64,000 nucleotides of DNA from Chloroflexota bacterium. GTDB lineage: Bacteria; Chloroflexota; UBA11872; VXNJ01. Below, one piece after another: positions 47,726 through 61,306 of the stretch. A program made the translations under genes and the position numbers. How positions within the stretch are numbered: the stretch's first letter is position 1; each line of letters starts with the position of its first letter. The notes under the pieces are model-generated. The model had not been told where the DNA came from. It was given only the letters and a program-made list of their open reading frames with translations, and did not search any database. Where the stretch lies: positions 1,965,581 through 2,029,580 of the forward strand of contig OZ242304.1 in NCBI GenBank assembly GCA_965207915.1. The letters are read 5' to 3'.

Positions 47726-49795
<2,070 letters not shown>

Positions 49796-49826
49796 ATCCC
49801 AATCCAGACACAAAACCGGAACGGCA

Positions 49827-50828
49827 ATGTCCGAGCAGCGACCGCGGGTCATCTTCGACGTCATGGGCGGCGATCATGCGCCCGGACCGATGGTCGTCGG
49901 AGCTCTGCGGGCGGCCCGCGATTACGGCATATCCAGCCTGCTTGTTGGTGACCGGGCCGCGATCGAACCGCATTTGGCCGAAGGCGGTCAGGAACGCGAC
50001 CTGATCGAGGTCGCCCATGCCGGCGCGGTAATTGGCATGGACGAACATCCGGCCGAGGCGGTCAGGAACAGGCCCGATTCCTCCCTGGTGCGGTCGATCG
50101 AGTTGCTGCGCGACGGCGCCGGCGGATCCACGGTTTCACTCGGCAACAGCGGCGCGATCATGGCGGCCGCAGTGCTGCGGCTGCGTCGCCTGCCCGGGGT
50201 GCGCCGCCCGGTAATTGCCTCGCTGCTGCGATTGCCCGGCGGGGCGACGGTCTGGATGGACATAGGCGCCAATGCTGACTGCGACGCGGATCATCTCTGC
50301 CAGTTCGCCCAAATGGGTGAGATTTATGCTCGGTCCGAGCTGAGAATCGAACGACCTACGGTGGGGCTGCTGAACATGGGCCACGAAGAGGGCAAGGGTC
50401 CGCAGGTGGTCAGGGACGCGGCGGCGATGATTGCCGCCAGGGGGTTAAATTTCGTCGGCAACGTCGAGCCCCAGATGATGCTGCGGGCCGAAGTCGACGT
50501 CGTCGTTGCCGACGGGTTCACGATGAATATTGCGGTCAAGACCCTCGAAGCGTTGGCCGACATGATCTTCGGCACCGTGCGCGACTATGCCCGTTCCTCG
50601 CTGCGGGGTCGGCTTGGCGGGATGCTGCTACGACCGGCTTTCGCCGGCCTTCGCTCGCAAGTTGACTACCGCGAGATCGGAGCCGCCCCGCTGCTCGGGG
50701 TCAACGGACTGGTCCTCATCGGTCACGGTCGCTCCCGCGAGCGCGCCGTGGTCGGCGCCATCCGCCAAGCCGACAGGCTGACCAGGGTCGACGCGGTTTC
50801 CCAGTTGGCGCGTGCCTTTGCCCCCTGA
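49827..50828 (+). CDS. plsX: Phosphate:acyl-ACP acyltransferase PlsX
   Basis: ATG at 49827 (MSEQRPRVIFDVMGGDHAPGPMV); PlsX family motifs GNSGAIMAA, GVNGLVLIGHGRS. Confidence 0.85.
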   Translation: MSEQRPRVIFDVMGGDHAPGPMVVGALRAARDYGISSLLVGDRAAIEPHLAEGGQERDLIEVAHAGAVIGMDEHPAEAVRNRPDSSLVRSIELLRDGAGGSTVSLGNSGAIMAAAVLRLRRLPGVRRPVIASLLRLPGGATVWMDIGANADCDADHLCQFAQMGEIYARSELRIERPTVGLLNMGHEEGKGPQVVRDAAAMIAARGLNFVGNVEPQMMLRAEVDVVVADGFTMNIAVKTLEALADMIFGTVRDYARSSLRGRLGGMLLRPAFAGLRSQVDYREIGAAPLLGVNGLVLIGHGRSRERAVVGAIRQADRLTRVDAVSQLARAFAP

Positions 50829-52161
50829 TCCGGGTGCCCCGCGAATCGCGGTAATCGGCTGCGGCTACGTCGGCCTGGTTTCGGGAGCATGCTTTGCCGA
50901 GCTCGGCAGCCGTGTGCACTGCCTGGACGTCGACCGCGCAAAGATCGCCCAACTGTGCGCCGGCGAGGTGCCTATCTACGAGCCAGGACTGGAAGAACTG
51001 GTCCGGCGCAACCGGGAGGCGGGCCGACTGGAATTCGGCGATTCGTTCGCCGTTGCAGTGCCGAACGCCGACTTCGTCGTGATTGCGGTAAACACGCCGG
51101 TCGGCGACTTTGGGCGGGCCGACCTTTCCGCGATCGAGAAGGTTGCCCGTTCGATCGCCGAACACGTCCGCCCCGGGACGGTGGTCGTGGACAAGAGCAC
51201 GGTCCCGGTTGGCACGGCCGAGGTCGTCCAGCAGCTGATCGCCCGGCACGTGGACTTCCCGGTACCGGTGGTCGCCAATCCGGAGTTTCTGCGCGAGGGA
51301 TCGGCGGTCGACGATTTCCTGCATCCCGACCGGGTCGTGCTTGGCACCGCCGACGAAGCGGCCGGTGACGCGGTGCAGGGCCTGTACGCCGGGATAGCGT
51401 GCCCGGTGGTGCGCACCGACCTGCGCAGCGCCGAAATGATCAAGTACGCCTCCAACGCGTACCTGGCCGCCCGGATTTCATTCATCAACGAAATCGCGGC
51501 AATCTGCGAGCGGCTGGGCGCCGACGTGACCACCGTGTCCAGAGGCATGGGGCTCGACCAGCGGATCGGATCGCGCTATCTGCAGGCCGGAATCGGGTGG
51601 GGAGGAAGTTGTCTCGGCAAGGACGTTCTCGCGCTGGAGCACATGGCGGCGGTCGCCGGTTCGCACCCGCAGCTTTTGCGGGTGGTGCTGGAAATCAACC
51701 GCGACGCCCGCCTCGGGGTGGTGCGCCGGCTGCGCGACTTGCTGGGCGACGTGCGGGGCCGCAAAGTTGCGCTCCTGGGTCTTGCCTTCAAGCCGCAGAC
51801 CGACGACATCCGCGACGCTCCGGCGCTGGAAATCGCGCGCTTGCTGCTCGCCGACGGCGCCGAAGTGAGCGCCAGCGACCCGATGGCTGCCCGGCGCGCC
51901 GCCGCCGCGGAGCCCCGGGCACAGGTCTCCGACGATCCCTTGGCCGCGTTGACCGGGGCCGACGCCGCCGTGCTCTGCACGGAATGGCCCCAGTTCGTGG
52001 AGCTGGACTGGGAAGTTGCGGCGGCCAGGATGCGGGGGCGGATTGTCATCGACGGCCGCAACGCCCTTGACGGCAAGAGCCTGCGCCGGCTCGGGTTCTT
52101 GTACGCGGGCGTTGGTCTTCCGGGCCCGGAAGCGGCCGCCGACGCGGTTTCAAGCGCGTGA
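50812..52161 (+). CDS. ugd: UDP-glucose/GDP-mannose dehydrogenase family protein (nucleotide-sugar 6-dehydrogenase)
   Basis: IAVIGCGYVGLVSG Rossmann motif; catalytic GGSCLGKD; C-terminal UDP-binding domain (LGLAFKPQTDDIRDAPA). Confidence 0.8.
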   Translation: MPLPPDPGAPRIAVIGCGYVGLVSGACFAELGSRVHCLDVDRAKIAQLCAGEVPIYEPGLEELVRRNREAGRLEFGDSFAVAVPNADFVVIAVNTPVGDFGRADLSAIEKVARSIAEHVRPGTVVVDKSTVPVGTAEVVQQLIARHVDFPVPVVANPEFLREGSAVDDFLHPDRVVLGTADEAAGDAVQGLYAGIACPVVRTDLRSAEMIKYASNAYLAARISFINEIAAICERLGADVTTVSRGMGLDQRIGSRYLQAGIGWGGSCLGKDVLALEHMAAVAGSHPQLLRVVLEINRDARLGVVRRLRDLLGDVRGRKVALLGLAFKPQTDDIRDAPALEIARLLLADGAEVSASDPMAARRAAAAEPRAQVSDDPLAALTGADAAVLCTEWPQFVELDWEVAAARMRGRIVIDGRNALDGKSLRRLGFLYAGVGLPGPEAAADAVSSA

Positions 52162-53843
52162 TCTCGAACCGGGCGATTGCCGCCCATCTGGAGCGCATCG
52201 CCCAGGCAATCGATCTGGCTGACCCGGATTCGGGGCGCTCGCGGACCTACGGTGCGGCGGCGCGCCGCATCGAATCGTCCAAACGGGATTTCGCTGCCTT
52301 GGCCCAGGCCCGCGAACTCACCGGCGTGCCCGGCATCGGTCCCTCGTTGGCGCGAACGATTGGTGAGTTTGTCAGCAGCGGTTCCAGCAGGCGCTTGGAC
52401 GAATTGCTCCAGCAGATCCCGCCCGGGGCATGGCAACTGCTTTCGGTCCGCGGCCTGGGAGCACGCACGGTGGGCCGGATCGTGCGGGACCTTGGAGTTT
52501 CCGATCTGGATTCCCTGCGGGCGGCGGGATCCGACGGTCGACTCAGTCAGCTGCCCGGCATCGGAAGTCGCAAGGTGGCGCAGATCCTGGCCGAAATCGA
52601 GCGGATCGCTGCCACCCGCGGGTTGTTCTCGCTCGGGCACGCGCTGGCCACGGCGCACCTGGAAGCCGCCCGGCTCGGGAATATCGATGGAGTCAGCGCG
52701 GTGCGCTTGGCCGGTGCCGCGCGAAGGGCGTGCGAGACGATGTCGGGCGTCGACCTGGTGGTCGCGGTGCGCGATCCATCGCGCCCCGCGTTGGCCGCCC
52801 TTGGCGGGGAATCGCTCGTCCAGCTTGACCCGGATGAATTGCAGGAACCAATTCCAGTCCGGATCCGGGTATCGGCTGAAGAGTCGCTTGGCTCGGCGTT
52901 GGTGCTGGCGACCGGCTCAGACGAACACATTGCCCGGTTAACCGACCTGGCGCGGCGGCGTGGCATCGAACTCGACTCGCCCCAGACCACTTTTGGAACC
53001 GAAGCCGAGCTTTATCGCGCGGTCGGCCTGGACCTGATTCCGCCCGAACTTCGCGAGGGGCGGGAAGAGATTGAACTGGCCCGGCGCGGGCAGTTGCCGC
53101 GCCTGCTGGAGCACCGCGACCTGGGCTGCGATTTGCATGCCCACAGCGACTGGAGCGATGGTCAGGACAGCATCGCGGCAATGGCCGAGGCGGCCCACCG
53201 GGCCGGCCTGCGGCAACTCGTGATCAGCGACCATTCCCAGTCGCTGGCGGTGGCCAACGGACTTTCCCCGGAGCGGGTGGCAGCCCAACGCGACGAGATT
53301 GCGGCACAGGCGCGGCAATGGGGGGAACTGTCCCTCCTGCATGGCACCGAAAGCGAGATCCGCGTCGACGGATCGCTTGATTTCGAGCCCGAGGTGCTGG
53401 CGAGTCTCGACTGGGTAGTCGCATCAGTGCACGCCGGACTGGGCCAGTCGCGATCGGCGATGACCGAACGCATATTGACCGCGATCTCCAATCCGGCGAC
53501 CTGCGCGATCGGTCATCCGACCGGCAGGATCGTGCTTGGTCGTGAGGGGTTCGATTTTGATCACGATGTGGTCTTTGCGGCCGCCGCCGAAACGGGTGTC
53601 GCGCTCGAAATCAACTCGCAGCCCGGCCGGCTCGACCTATCGGCCGACCTCGCGCGCCGCGCAGCCCGCGCCGGCGCCGTATTGACCGTCAACAGCGACG
53701 CTCATGCGGCCGCCCAATTGGCAAATACACAGCTGGGGGCGATGATCGCGCGGCGGGCCGGCCTGACCTGCGCGCAGGTGATTAATGCTTGGGAGTGGGA
53801 GCAGATCGCGGAGCGCCGGGCGCGTCGCCTCGCCGGAGCTTGA
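52158..53843 (+). CDS. polX: DNA polymerase X family protein with a C-terminal PHP (phosphoesterase) domain
   Basis: N-terminal HhH motifs (GIGPSLA, GLGARTV, GIGSRKV). C-terminal PHP domain (DLHAHSDWSDGQ, VISDHS, SVHAG, AIGHPTGR, NSDAHA). GTG start overlapping the ugd stop (GTGA). Confidence 0.8.
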   Translation: MISNRAIAAHLERIAQAIDLADPDSGRSRTYGAAARRIESSKRDFAALAQARELTGVPGIGPSLARTIGEFVSSGSSRRLDELLQQIPPGAWQLLSVRGLGARTVGRIVRDLGVSDLDSLRAAGSDGRLSQLPGIGSRKVAQILAEIERIAATRGLFSLGHALATAHLEAARLGNIDGVSAVRLAGAARRACETMSGVDLVVAVRDPSRPALAALGGESLVQLDPDELQEPIPVRIRVSAEESLGSALVLATGSDEHIARLTDLARRRGIELDSPQTTFGTEAELYRAVGLDLIPPELREGREEIELARRGQLPRLLEHRDLGCDLHAHSDWSDGQDSIAAMAEAAHRAGLRQLVISDHSQSLAVANGLSPERVAAQRDEIAAQARQWGELSLLHGTESEIRVDGSLDFEPEVLASLDWVVASVHAGLGQSRSAMTERILTAISNPATCAIGHPTGRIVLGREGFDFDHDVVFAAAAETGVALEINSQPGRLDLSADLARRAARAGAVLTVNSDAHAAAQLANTQLGAMIARRAGLTCAQVINAWEWEQIAERRARRLAGA

Positions 53844-54792
53844 GGTCGCCCGCCGCTTTCCTCCGCCCCCCGTCCCGGGAGAACTGCTTCTCAACCGGAT
53901 CGCGCAGCGAATGGCGCAGGAACTCGGATATCTTGGCCAGGTATTCGTCGCGCAGGATATGAAAGCCTTCGACGTGCTCGGCTTCGTCGATGACCCAGAG
54001 GTGCTTTTCGGCGCTGGTAGCGGCCTCGAACAACTTGCGGGTGCTCTCGGCGCTCACGATTGAGTCCTGCCCGCTCTGGACGACCATCAGCGGGCGTGAA
54101 TGCAGCGAAGCGACCAAGTCGACCGGCCGGATGTGGTCCATCCGGTGTCCGACCAGTCGCTGACCCAGCCAGACCACCGGACCCACGAACAGCCAGGGCG
54201 GAAGCCCTGTTATTCGTTTGAATGCCCGGGCCACGTTCTCGCGCAGGGTTGCAAATGGACTGTCGGCGATAACCGCCTCCAGCCGCTCGTCCAACGCGGC
54301 GGCCATGATCGCCACCGAGCCGCCCATTGAATTCCCCCAAACCGCCAACCGGCCCAGCTCCACTTGGTCTGCGGCCCAGTCCACGACGCCAAGGAGGTCC
54401 AGCATTTCCCGGTAACCCATCGTGGTGGTGCTGCCCTCGCTCTCGCCGTGGCCGGAGAAGTCAAACAGTACGACGCCATATCCGAGCTTGAGCAGCTCGA
54501 CGCAGCGGCCGACCATTTCCTTGTGGTTGGTCCAAACCCCGTGACAGAGGATTACCGACGCCGGATGGTGTTTGGGCCGGGCGATCCATGCCTTGAGCGT
54601 CATGCCGGTCCGGCTTTCGATCTGTACAGGTTCGAGTCCCAGCACCGAGGGGTCGAAATCGGGCGCATAGCCCTTGGGCGTGTGGCGTGGGTTCGGGTGG
54701 GTCAGGTACCAGGCGGTACGAAAGACCAGCAGCGTCCAGAGGCCGGCCAAGCCGATCGGTATCAGCAAAAGCAAAAGCAGCCAGGGATTCAC
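53782..54792 (-). CDS. Alpha/beta-fold hydrolase with an N-terminal membrane anchor
   Basis: GNSMGG nucleophile elbow; HGVWTNH; catalytic Asp/His region DSIV...EAEHVE. Its 3' end overlaps the polX 3' end (convergent). Confidence 0.7.
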   Translation of the reverse strand: MNPWLLLLLLIPIGLAGLWTLLVFRTAWYLTHPNPRHTPKGYAPDFDPSVLGLEPVQIESRTGMTLKAWIARPKHHPASVILCHGVWTNHKEMVGRCVELLKLGYGVVLFDFSGHGESEGSTTTMGYREMLDLLGVVDWAADQVELGRLAVWGNSMGGSVAIMAAALDERLEAVIADSPFATLRENVARAFKRITGLPPWLFVGPVVWLGQRLVGHRMDHIRPVDLVASLHSRPLMVVQSGQDSIVSAESTRKLFEAATSAEKHLWVIDEAEHVEGFHILRDEYLAKISEFLRHSLRDPVEKQFSRDGGRRKAAGDLKLRRGDAPGAPRSAPTPKH

Positions 54793-55602
54793 TTACGAAT
54801 CGCCTCCTTGGCGGGCCGCTCCAGCAAGCTGGCTCACGAATTCTTCCGCGCGGGCCAGGCGTAATGGGCGATCGGCCAGGCCGCAGATTTTCACGAACGC
54901 CGAGCCAACGATCGCCCCGTCGGCCAGCCCGTGCAGCCCGAGGACGTGCTCGGGGCTGGATATGCCGAACCCGACCGCCAGCGGGCGGTCGGTCAGCGAG
55001 CGCGTGCGGCGCAGAAACGTCGCCAGTCCCACGCCCATATTTTGCCGAGCGCCGGTCACGCCGGTGAGCGAGACGACATAAATGAACCCCGACTCGTTCG
55101 CCAGCACCCGGACGGCGCGTTCGGGATCGGTGGTCGGGGCAAGGAACTGGACGAGCGCAACGCCGCGGCCGGCCAGCGCCTGCGCCAGCGGCCCGGACTC
55201 TTCGGGCGGCAGATCAACGGCGATCGCCGCGTCCACCCCGGATTCCGCGATCGCGGCGGCCAGGGGATCGATTCCGTAGGCCAGGAACGGATTGGCGTAA
55301 CCCATTAGGATCAGGCCGGCATCGGTTTCGGCGCGCAGGCGGGCCGTGAATTCCAGGCAATCGCCCAGGTTTACGCCGTTTTCGAGCGCGACCTGGGACG
55401 AGTGCTGGATGGTGGGACCTTCGGCGATCGGGTCGGAAAACGGAATGCCCAGTTCGAGCACGTCGGCGCCGCCGGCCAGGGCGGCGCGGGCCAGTTCCCA
55501 GGACTCTTCGAGCGACGGATACCCGATGGTGAGGAATATGTTCAGCGCCAATTCGCCGCGGCTGCGGGTTCGCCGGTAAATCCGCTCGAGGCGCGCCGTC
55601 AT
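54793..55602 (-). CDS. trpA: Tryptophan synthase alpha subunit
   Basis: [33 protein letters not shown] motifs. Confidence 0.9.
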   Translation of the reverse strand: MTARLERIYRRTRSRGELALNIFLTIGYPSLEESWELARAALAGGADVLELGIPFSDPIAEGPTIQHSSQVALENGVNLGDCLEFTARLRAETDAGLILMGYANPFLAYGIDPLAAAIAESGVDAAIAVDLPPEESGPLAQALAGRGVALVQFLAPTTDPERAVRVLANESGFIYVVSLTGVTGARQNMGVGLATFLRRTRSLTDRPLAVGFGISSPEHVLGLHGLADGAIVGSAFVKICGLADRPLRLARAEEFVSQLAGAARQGGDS

Positions 55603-56813
55603 TTGCCGGCAAGCCCATGCTCGGCGATGGTCTCCATGTCCTTGTCACCGCGCCCGGATAGGTTGACCACGACCGATTGGTCTTTGCGCATGCCGCCGGC
55701 CAGTTCGAGCGCGAAAGCCACCGCGTGCGCCGATTCGAGCGCCGGAATTATGCCCTCGGTGCGGGCCAGGGCGGTGACCGCTTCGAGCGCCTGCCGATCG
55801 GTGATCGAGGCGTACTGCGCACGACCGCTGCTGGCAAGGTGGGAGTGCTCGGGCCCCACGCCCGGATAGTCCAGGCCGGCCGAAATGCTGTGGGCCGGGA
55901 GCACCTGGCCCCACCGGTCCTGCAGGACCATCGTGCGCGTTCCGTGCAAGACGCCTTCCTTGCCGGCGCCGATCGTTGCCGCGTGCGAGCCGCTGGCCAA
56001 TCCGTGACCGGCCGCTTCAACGCCGTGCAGGGCGACCGCGGAATCGTCCAGGAACTCGTAGAACAGCCCCATCGCGTTGGAACCCCCGCCAACGCAAGCG
56101 ACCAGGGCATCGGGGGTACCCCCGACCAACCGGTTGAATTGCTCCCGGGTTTCGCGTCCGATCACCGCCTGGAAATCCCGGATCATCATCGGGTAGGGAT
56201 GCGGCCCGGCGACCGACCCGAGCAGGTAGTAGGTGTCGGCGACATTGGTGACCCAATCGCGTATGGCCTCGTTGATCGCGTCCTTCAGGGTTCGGGAACC
56301 GGACTCCACCGGGACGACTTCGGCGCCGAGGACCTGCATCCGCACCACGTTCAGGTGTTGACGCTCAATGTCCAGGCTGCCCATGTAGACCACGCATTTC
56401 TGGTCCAGCAGGGCGCAAACCGTCGCCGAAGCCACGCCGTGCTGCCCGGCGCCGGTCTCGGCGACCACCCGGTCCTTACCCATGCGTCGGGCCAGCAGAC
56501 CCTGGCCGATGGCGGCGTTTATCTTGTGGGCACCGGTATGGGCCAGGTCCTCGCGCTTGAGATAGATGCGCGCGCCGCCGGCCAGAGCGCTCAGGCGGGA
56601 CGCCTCGTAAAGCGGAGTGGGTCGCCCGACGTATTCACGGAGGTATGTGGCCAATTCTTTAGCGAACGCCGCGTCGGCGCGAATCGCGCGATAGGCGTCA
56701 TCCAGTTCGTGCACCGCCGGCATAAGCGTCTCGGGCATGAACATGCCGCCCCAGGGACCGAAATGCCCGCTGGCGTCCGGCAGTTCGCGCAATCGCCGCG
56801 AAGGAGCGGTCAT
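55599..56813 (-). CDS. trpB: Tryptophan synthase beta subunit
   Basis: PLP-lysine motif [13 protein letters not shown]; [10 protein letters not shown]; [10 protein letters not shown]. Confidence 0.95.
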   Translation of the reverse strand: MTAPSRRLRELPDASGHFGPWGGMFMPETLMPAVHELDDAYRAIRADAAFAKELATYLREYVGRPTPLYEASRLSALAGGARIYLKREDLAHTGAHKINAAIGQGLLARRMGKDRVVAETGAGQHGVASATVCALLDQKCVVYMGSLDIERQHLNVVRMQVLGAEVVPVESGSRTLKDAINEAIRDWVTNVADTYYLLGSVAGPHPYPMMIRDFQAVIGRETREQFNRLVGGTPDALVACVGGGSNAMGLFYEFLDDSAVALHGVEAAGHGLASGSHAATIGAGKEGVLHGTRTMVLQDRWGQVLPAHSISAGLDYPGVGPEHSHLASSGRAQYASITDRQALEAVTALARTEGIIPALESAHAVAFALELAGGMRKDQSVVVNLSGRGDKDMETIAEHGLAGK

Positions 56814-58180
56814 GAAAGCTCCGCCGCCCGCTTGGCGCGCTCAACGAACGCGGCGATTTTGCGGCGGTCTTTCCGCCCTTCGGTTTCGACGCCGGAGGAC
56901 ACGTCGACCCCCCAAGGCCGCAAGCGGATCACGGTTGCGGCGACGTTTTCCGGGTCCAGCCCCCCGGAGAGAAGGTAATTGCGTCGGCCGACCAGCCGCG
57001 GCGCCTGGGTCCAGTCCCATGCCTTGCCGGATCCGCCGCCGGCGGGCGAATCGACGTGGACCAAGGCGGCATCGATCGCCCCGAGATCCGGTTCGAGGCC
57101 GCCCGAACCGACTCGGAAAGTCGGAATCACGCGCTCGGCCAGTTCCCTGGGCGGAGGTTTCCCCAGGTCGTGCACCTGGACGTAATCGGCGCCGGTCTGG
57201 TCGAGGGCGCCGGCCATCTCGGCCGCGTCGGCCGCCACCATCACCGCAACCGACTTGGCGTTCGGCGCGGCGGCGAATATCTCCCGCGCCCGCTGCGGCG
57301 AGACCTGGCGACGCGATCGGGCCAGAATGGCGCCGATGAAGTCGGCGCCTGCGGCGGAGGCGGCGGCCGCGTCGGCGGGATTCGATATTCCGCAGATCTT
57401 CACCCGCGGCGAAGGGGCCTTGATCAAAGCCCGCATCCGGTCCACGTCGCCGCTGTGACGGGCCAGGGTTTCGCCTATCAACACGGCATCGGCACCGGCG
57501 GCGGCCAGCCGCGCCAGATCGTATTTGTCCTTGACCCCGCTTTCGGCAACCAGTACCGCCTGACCGCCGATTTGGGGGGCCAGCCGTTCGGTGGTCGCCA
57601 GATCGGTTCGGAAGGTTTGCAGATCTCGGTTGTTGATCCCGATCAACGTCGCGCCGGCCGCCAGCGCGCGGTCCAGCTCGGACTGATCGTGGACCTCCAC
57701 CAGAGCGTCCATGCCCAGTTCGCCGGCCACCCCGAGGAGCGGCTCGGGATCCTCGATCGCGGCCATGATCACCAGTACCGCGTCGGCGCCCAGTGCGCGC
57801 GCTTCATGAACCTGCCAGGGGTCGATGACAAAGTCCTTGCGCAGGACCGGAAGCCGGCAGGCGGCCCGGGCCCGAATCAGGTCCTCATCGCTTCCGGCGA
57901 AGAATTTCTCGTCGGTTAACACGGAAAGTGCCGCCGCGCCGGCCAACTGATAGTTGGCGGCAACCGCGCTCGGATCCAGGTCCGCGATCCGGCCGGCGGA
58001 TGGTGAGGCGCGCTTTAGTTCGGCTATGACCGCCAGTCCCGGCCCGGACAACGCTTTCGCAAAACCGCGCGGCGCCGCCGCCGCCAGCGCTCGCCGGCGG
58101 ATCTGAGCCAGCGAAACCTGGGCTGCGCGCTGCCCAAGTTCGGCGCGCTTGTGGGCGAGGATATTTCGCAATACGCTCAT
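56810..58180 (-). CDS. trpC: Bifunctional indole-3-glycerol-phosphate synthase / phosphoribosylanthranilate isomerase (TrpC-TrpF fusion)
   Basis: N-terminal IGPS ([32 protein letters not shown]). C-terminal PRAI ([14 protein letters not shown], ~200 aa). Confidence 0.85.
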   Translation of the reverse strand: MSVLRNILAHKRAELGQRAAQVSLAQIRRRALAAAAPRGFAKALSGPGLAVIAELKRASPSAGRIADLDPSAVAANYQLAGAAALSVLTDEKFFAGSDEDLIRARAACRLPVLRKDFVIDPWQVHEARALGADAVLVIMAAIEDPEPLLGVAGELGMDALVEVHDQSELDRALAAGATLIGINNRDLQTFRTDLATTERLAPQIGGQAVLVAESGVKDKYDLARLAAAGADAVLIGETLARHSGDVDRMRALIKAPSPRVKICGISNPADAAAASAAGADFIGAILARSRRQVSPQRAREIFAAAPNAKSVAVMVAADAAEMAGALDQTGADYVQVHDLGKPPPRELAERVIPTFRVGSGGLEPDLGAIDAALVHVDSPAGGGSGKAWDWTQAPRLVGRRNYLLSGGLDPENVAATVIRLRPWGVDVSSGVETEGRKDRRKIAAFVERAKRAAELS

Positions 58181-58221
58181 GGTTTGGGATTTGATCCGCT
58201 TATTTGTCGCGCGGTATTGGC

Positions 58222-59235
58222 TCAGACCGCATGGGTTGCAGCCGTGAAATCGGCCAGCTTGCGGCGGGCGTCGCCCGAATCGAGGGTTGCCCTGGCCAGC
58301 GCGACACCGTCCCCAAGGTCGTTGACTCTGCCGGCCACCAGCAGCGCCGCCGCGGCGTTGAGCAGCATGAAGTCCCGCGGCGGTCCGGACTCGCCGGCAA
58401 AGACCGCGCGGATGATCTCCGCGTTTTCAACCGGGTCGCCGCCGGCGACTTCTGCCAGCGGTCGTTCTTCGAGGTCGAAATCAGACGGTCTGACTTGGAA
58501 CTGTTCGATGCGCTCGCCCCGAACCGAAAACACCCGCGTCGGGCCGGCGATGGAAATCTCGTCCAGGCCTTCCAGCCCGTGCACTACCAGCGCCCGGCGG
58601 GTCCCCAGTCGGGCCAGCGCCCCGGCAACCAGATCCAGCAACTCGGGCCGGGCGACGCCCAGCAGCTGGCGCCGCGCGCCGGCCGGGTTGGTCAGCGGCC
58701 CGAGGATGTTGAAAACCGTCGGGATCCCGATCTGCGCCCGCAGCGGGCCCGCGTGGCGCATTGCCGGATGAAACGATTGGGCGAAAAGGAACCCGATCCC
58801 GACCCGGCTTATGCAATCGCCGACCTGTCGCGGCGTCAGGTCGATCCGGGCACCGAGGGCTTCGAGGACGTCGGCCGAACCCGATCGCGAGGAGGCGGCG
58901 CGGTTGCCGTGCTTGGCGACTACCGCGCCGGCTGCCGCGGCGATCAACGCCGCGGCGGTGGATACGTTGAACGTGTTCTTGCCGTCTCCGCCGGTACCGC
59001 AGGTATCGATGTGGTCCTCGCCGGCGACCTCGAGAGCCAGCGCCGCCCGCCGCATGGCGCGGGCCAGTCCGGCCACTTCGTCGGCGGTCTCACCCTTCAT
59101 TCCCAGGCTGGCGACGAACGCGCCGAACTGCGCCGGTTCGAATTCACCGGACATGATCTGATCCATGACCGATTCGGCCTCGTCGGCGGTCAGGTCTTGG
59201 CCCTGGTAGACCCTGGCCAGCATTTGGGCGATCAT
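58222..59235 (-). CDS. trpD: Anthranilate phosphoribosyltransferase
   Basis: [41 protein letters not shown]. Confidence 0.9.
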   Translation of the reverse strand: MIAQMLARVYQGQDLTADEAESVMDQIMSGEFEPAQFGAFVASLGMKGETADEVAGLARAMRRAALALEVAGEDHIDTCGTGGDGKNTFNVSTAAALIAAAAGAVVAKHGNRAASSRSGSADVLEALGARIDLTPRQVGDCISRVGIGFLFAQSFHPAMRHAGPLRAQIGIPTVFNILGPLTNPAGARRQLLGVARPELLDLVAGALARLGTRRALVVHGLEGLDEISIAGPTRVFSVRGERIEQFQVRPSDFDLEERPLAEVAGGDPVENAEIIRAVFAGESGPPRDFMLLNAAAALLVAGRVNDLGDGVALARATLDSGDARRKLADFTAATHAV

Positions 59236-59816
59236 GCGCGCGGCCCGATCCGATAGAGCTCTAGGAAGTTGCGCAGAATGTCGTGCCCCTGCGGGGTGAG
59301 GATCGACTCGGGGTGAAACTGCACCCCATGCACGGGCCGGCTCCGGTGTCGGAGCCCCATGATTATCCCGTCATCGGTCTGCGCCGAAATCTGCAACGAA
59401 TCGGGCAGCGACTCGCGTTCGACGATCAGGGAGTGGTAGCGGGTGACCTGGAACGGTTGCGGCAAATCCTTGAACTCGCCCGCGCCGTCGTGTTCGATCA
59501 TCGAAGTCTTTCCGTGCATAAGCGACGGCGCGCGAATGACCCGCCCGCCGAACACCTCGCCGATGCACTGATGCCCCAGGCACACCCCCAGGGTTGGCAG
59601 GTCACGAGAGACTTCTTCGATCAGCTCCATGGAAACTCCGGCTTCATGCGGGGTGCAGGGTCCGGGTGAGACCACGACCGCCTCCGGCCCGAGTTTTCTG
59701 ACCGTGGCGGTGTCGATCGCGTCGTTGCGGTAGACCTCGACCTCGCATCCGAGCTCGTAGAGGTACTGGACGAGGTTGTAGGTGAAGGAATCGTAGTTGT
59801 CGATCATCAGGATCAT
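59232..59816 (-). CDS. trpG: Anthranilate synthase component II (glutamine amidotransferase)
   Basis: [19 protein letters not shown] catalytic Cys, HPES. Confidence 0.9.
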   Translation of the reverse strand: MILMIDNYDSFTYNLVQYLYELGCEVEVYRNDAIDTATVRKLGPEAVVVSPGPCTPHEAGVSMELIEEVSRDLPTLGVCLGHQCIGEVFGGRVIRAPSLMHGKTSMIEHDGAGEFKDLPQPFQVTRYHSLIVERESLPDSLQISAQTDDGIIMGLRHRSRPVHGVQFHPESILTPQGHDILRNFLELYRIGPRA

Positions 59817-61306
59817 TTGCTTGCTCCGTGCGCGCGGTCAATCGCGGCCAGCAGCGCGGCGGCCTTGTTCATCGACTCGTTGAACTCGTATTCGGCTTCC
59901 GAATCGGCCACGATTCCGCCGCCGGCCTGGACGTACCCGATCCCGTCCCGGACGACCATCGTGCGAATGCCGATGGCGGTGTCCAGGTCGCCCGAGTAGG
60001 CGAAATACCCCACCGCCCCGCCGTAAACTCCGCGCCGGGTGGGTTCAAGTTCGTCGATGATCTCCATCGCCCGGATCTTGGGCGCGCCGGAGAGCGTTCC
60101 GGCCGGAAAGCAGGACCGCAGCGCGTCAACCCCGCTTTTGGCCGGGGACAGCGAACCGTCGACGTGCGAGACGATGTGCATAACGTGCGAGAACCGGTCG
60201 ACTTCCAACAAACGGGTAACGGAAACGCTGCCGCCGACCGCCACACGGCCCAGGTCGTTGCGCGCCAGATCGACGAGCATCACGTGTTCGGCGACCTCTT
60301 TCTCGTCCTCCAACAGCTCCTCGGCGATCCGGTCGTCGCTGGTGCGGTCTTTGCCGCGCCAGCGGCTGCCGGCCACCGGAACGGTCCGCATCCTGGACCC
60401 GCGCACCCGCACCAGCATTTCCGGAGACGCGCCGCAGACATGCATGTCGGGCAGCTGCAGGAAATACATATAAGGAGACGGGTTCAACTGCCGCAAATGA
60501 CGGTAAACGGCGAACGGGTGAACCGCCAATCGCCGCTTGAGTCGCTGCGAGAGCACCACCTGGATGATGTCTCCGGCGGCGATGTATTCCTTGGCCTGGC
60601 GAACCATGGCCGCGAATTCGGCCTTGGACATGTTCGTCTCGACCGGACCGGCCGCGCCGCAACCATGATCCAGCGAGGCCGGCCGGCTGCCTAGCCGCTC
60701 GGCCAATTGATCGAGGCGCTTCAGCGCTTCCTGGTAGGAGCGTTGCGGGTCATCGCTCGGGTGGGCCAGAGTCACCAGCTTCTGGGTTCGCGACACGTTG
60801 TCGAACATCACGAAGGTGTCGACAAACATGAGTTGAACGTCTGGCAGTCCTACGTCGTCGGCGCGGGTGTGCGGGAGTCGCTCAAAACTCTCGACCGCTT
60901 CGTAACCCAGGTAGCCGATGGCCCCACCCTGAAAAGCAGGCAGCTCCGGGAGGGACACGGCGTTGATTTTCGCGAGTTGACGAGCGACGACCCGCAGCGG
61001 GTCCCGGTAAGCGACCGTTTCGGTTCCACCGTCGGCGAAAGTAAACGTCGCCGCGCCGTCGCGCATCGCGACCAACATGTAGGGGTCCGACCCAACGAAG
61101 CTGTAGCGGCCGACGGATTCGTCCGGTTCGGCGCTCTCCAGCAGAAACGCGGGCCCGTCGCCGGCAAGCTTGAGGTAAGCCGAGACAGGCGTCTCCAGGT
61201 CGGCGAGCAACTCGCGGTAAACCGGGACGGCGCGGTTCTGGCGAAGGTGACCGATAACGGCCTCGACGGCGGGAGCGGTGCCGATCATCTGCACCGGGGT
61301 GGCCAT
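59813..61306 (-). CDS. trpE: Anthranilate synthase component I
   Basis: Chorismate-binding family C-terminal motifs ([30 protein letters not shown]). Confidence 0.9.
   Translation of the reverse strand: MATPVQMIGTAPAVEAVIGHLRQNRAVPVYRELLADLETPVSAYLKLAGDGPAFLLESAEPDESVGRYSFVGSDPYMLVAMRDGAATFTFADGGTETVAYRDPLRVVARQLAKINAVSLPELPAFQGGAIGYLGYEAVESFERLPHTRADDVGLPDVQLMFVDTFVMFDNVSRTQKLVTLAHPSDDPQRSYQEALKRLDQLAERLGSRPASLDHGCGAAGPVETNMSKAEFAAMVRQAKEYIAAGDIIQVVLSQRLKRRLAVHPFAVYRHLRQLNPSPYMYFLQLPDMHVCGASPEMLVRVRGSRMRTVPVAGSRWRGKDRTSDDRIAEELLEDEKEVAEHVMLVDLARNDLGRVAVGGSVSVTRLLEVDRFSHVMHIVSHVDGSLSPAKSGVDALRSCFPAGTLSGAPKIRAMEIIDELEPTRRGVYGGAVGYFAYSGDLDTAIGIRTMVVRDGIGYVQAGGGIVADSEAEYEFNESMNKAAALLAAIDRAHGASK

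Noticed and set aside
55677-56978. 433-aa plus-strand ORF
   Set aside because: It is antisense to trpB, whose PLP-lysine motif is clear. The same applies to the other long antisense ORFs across the trp operon (57056-57919, 58204-59256, 59828-60694, 60707-61336).
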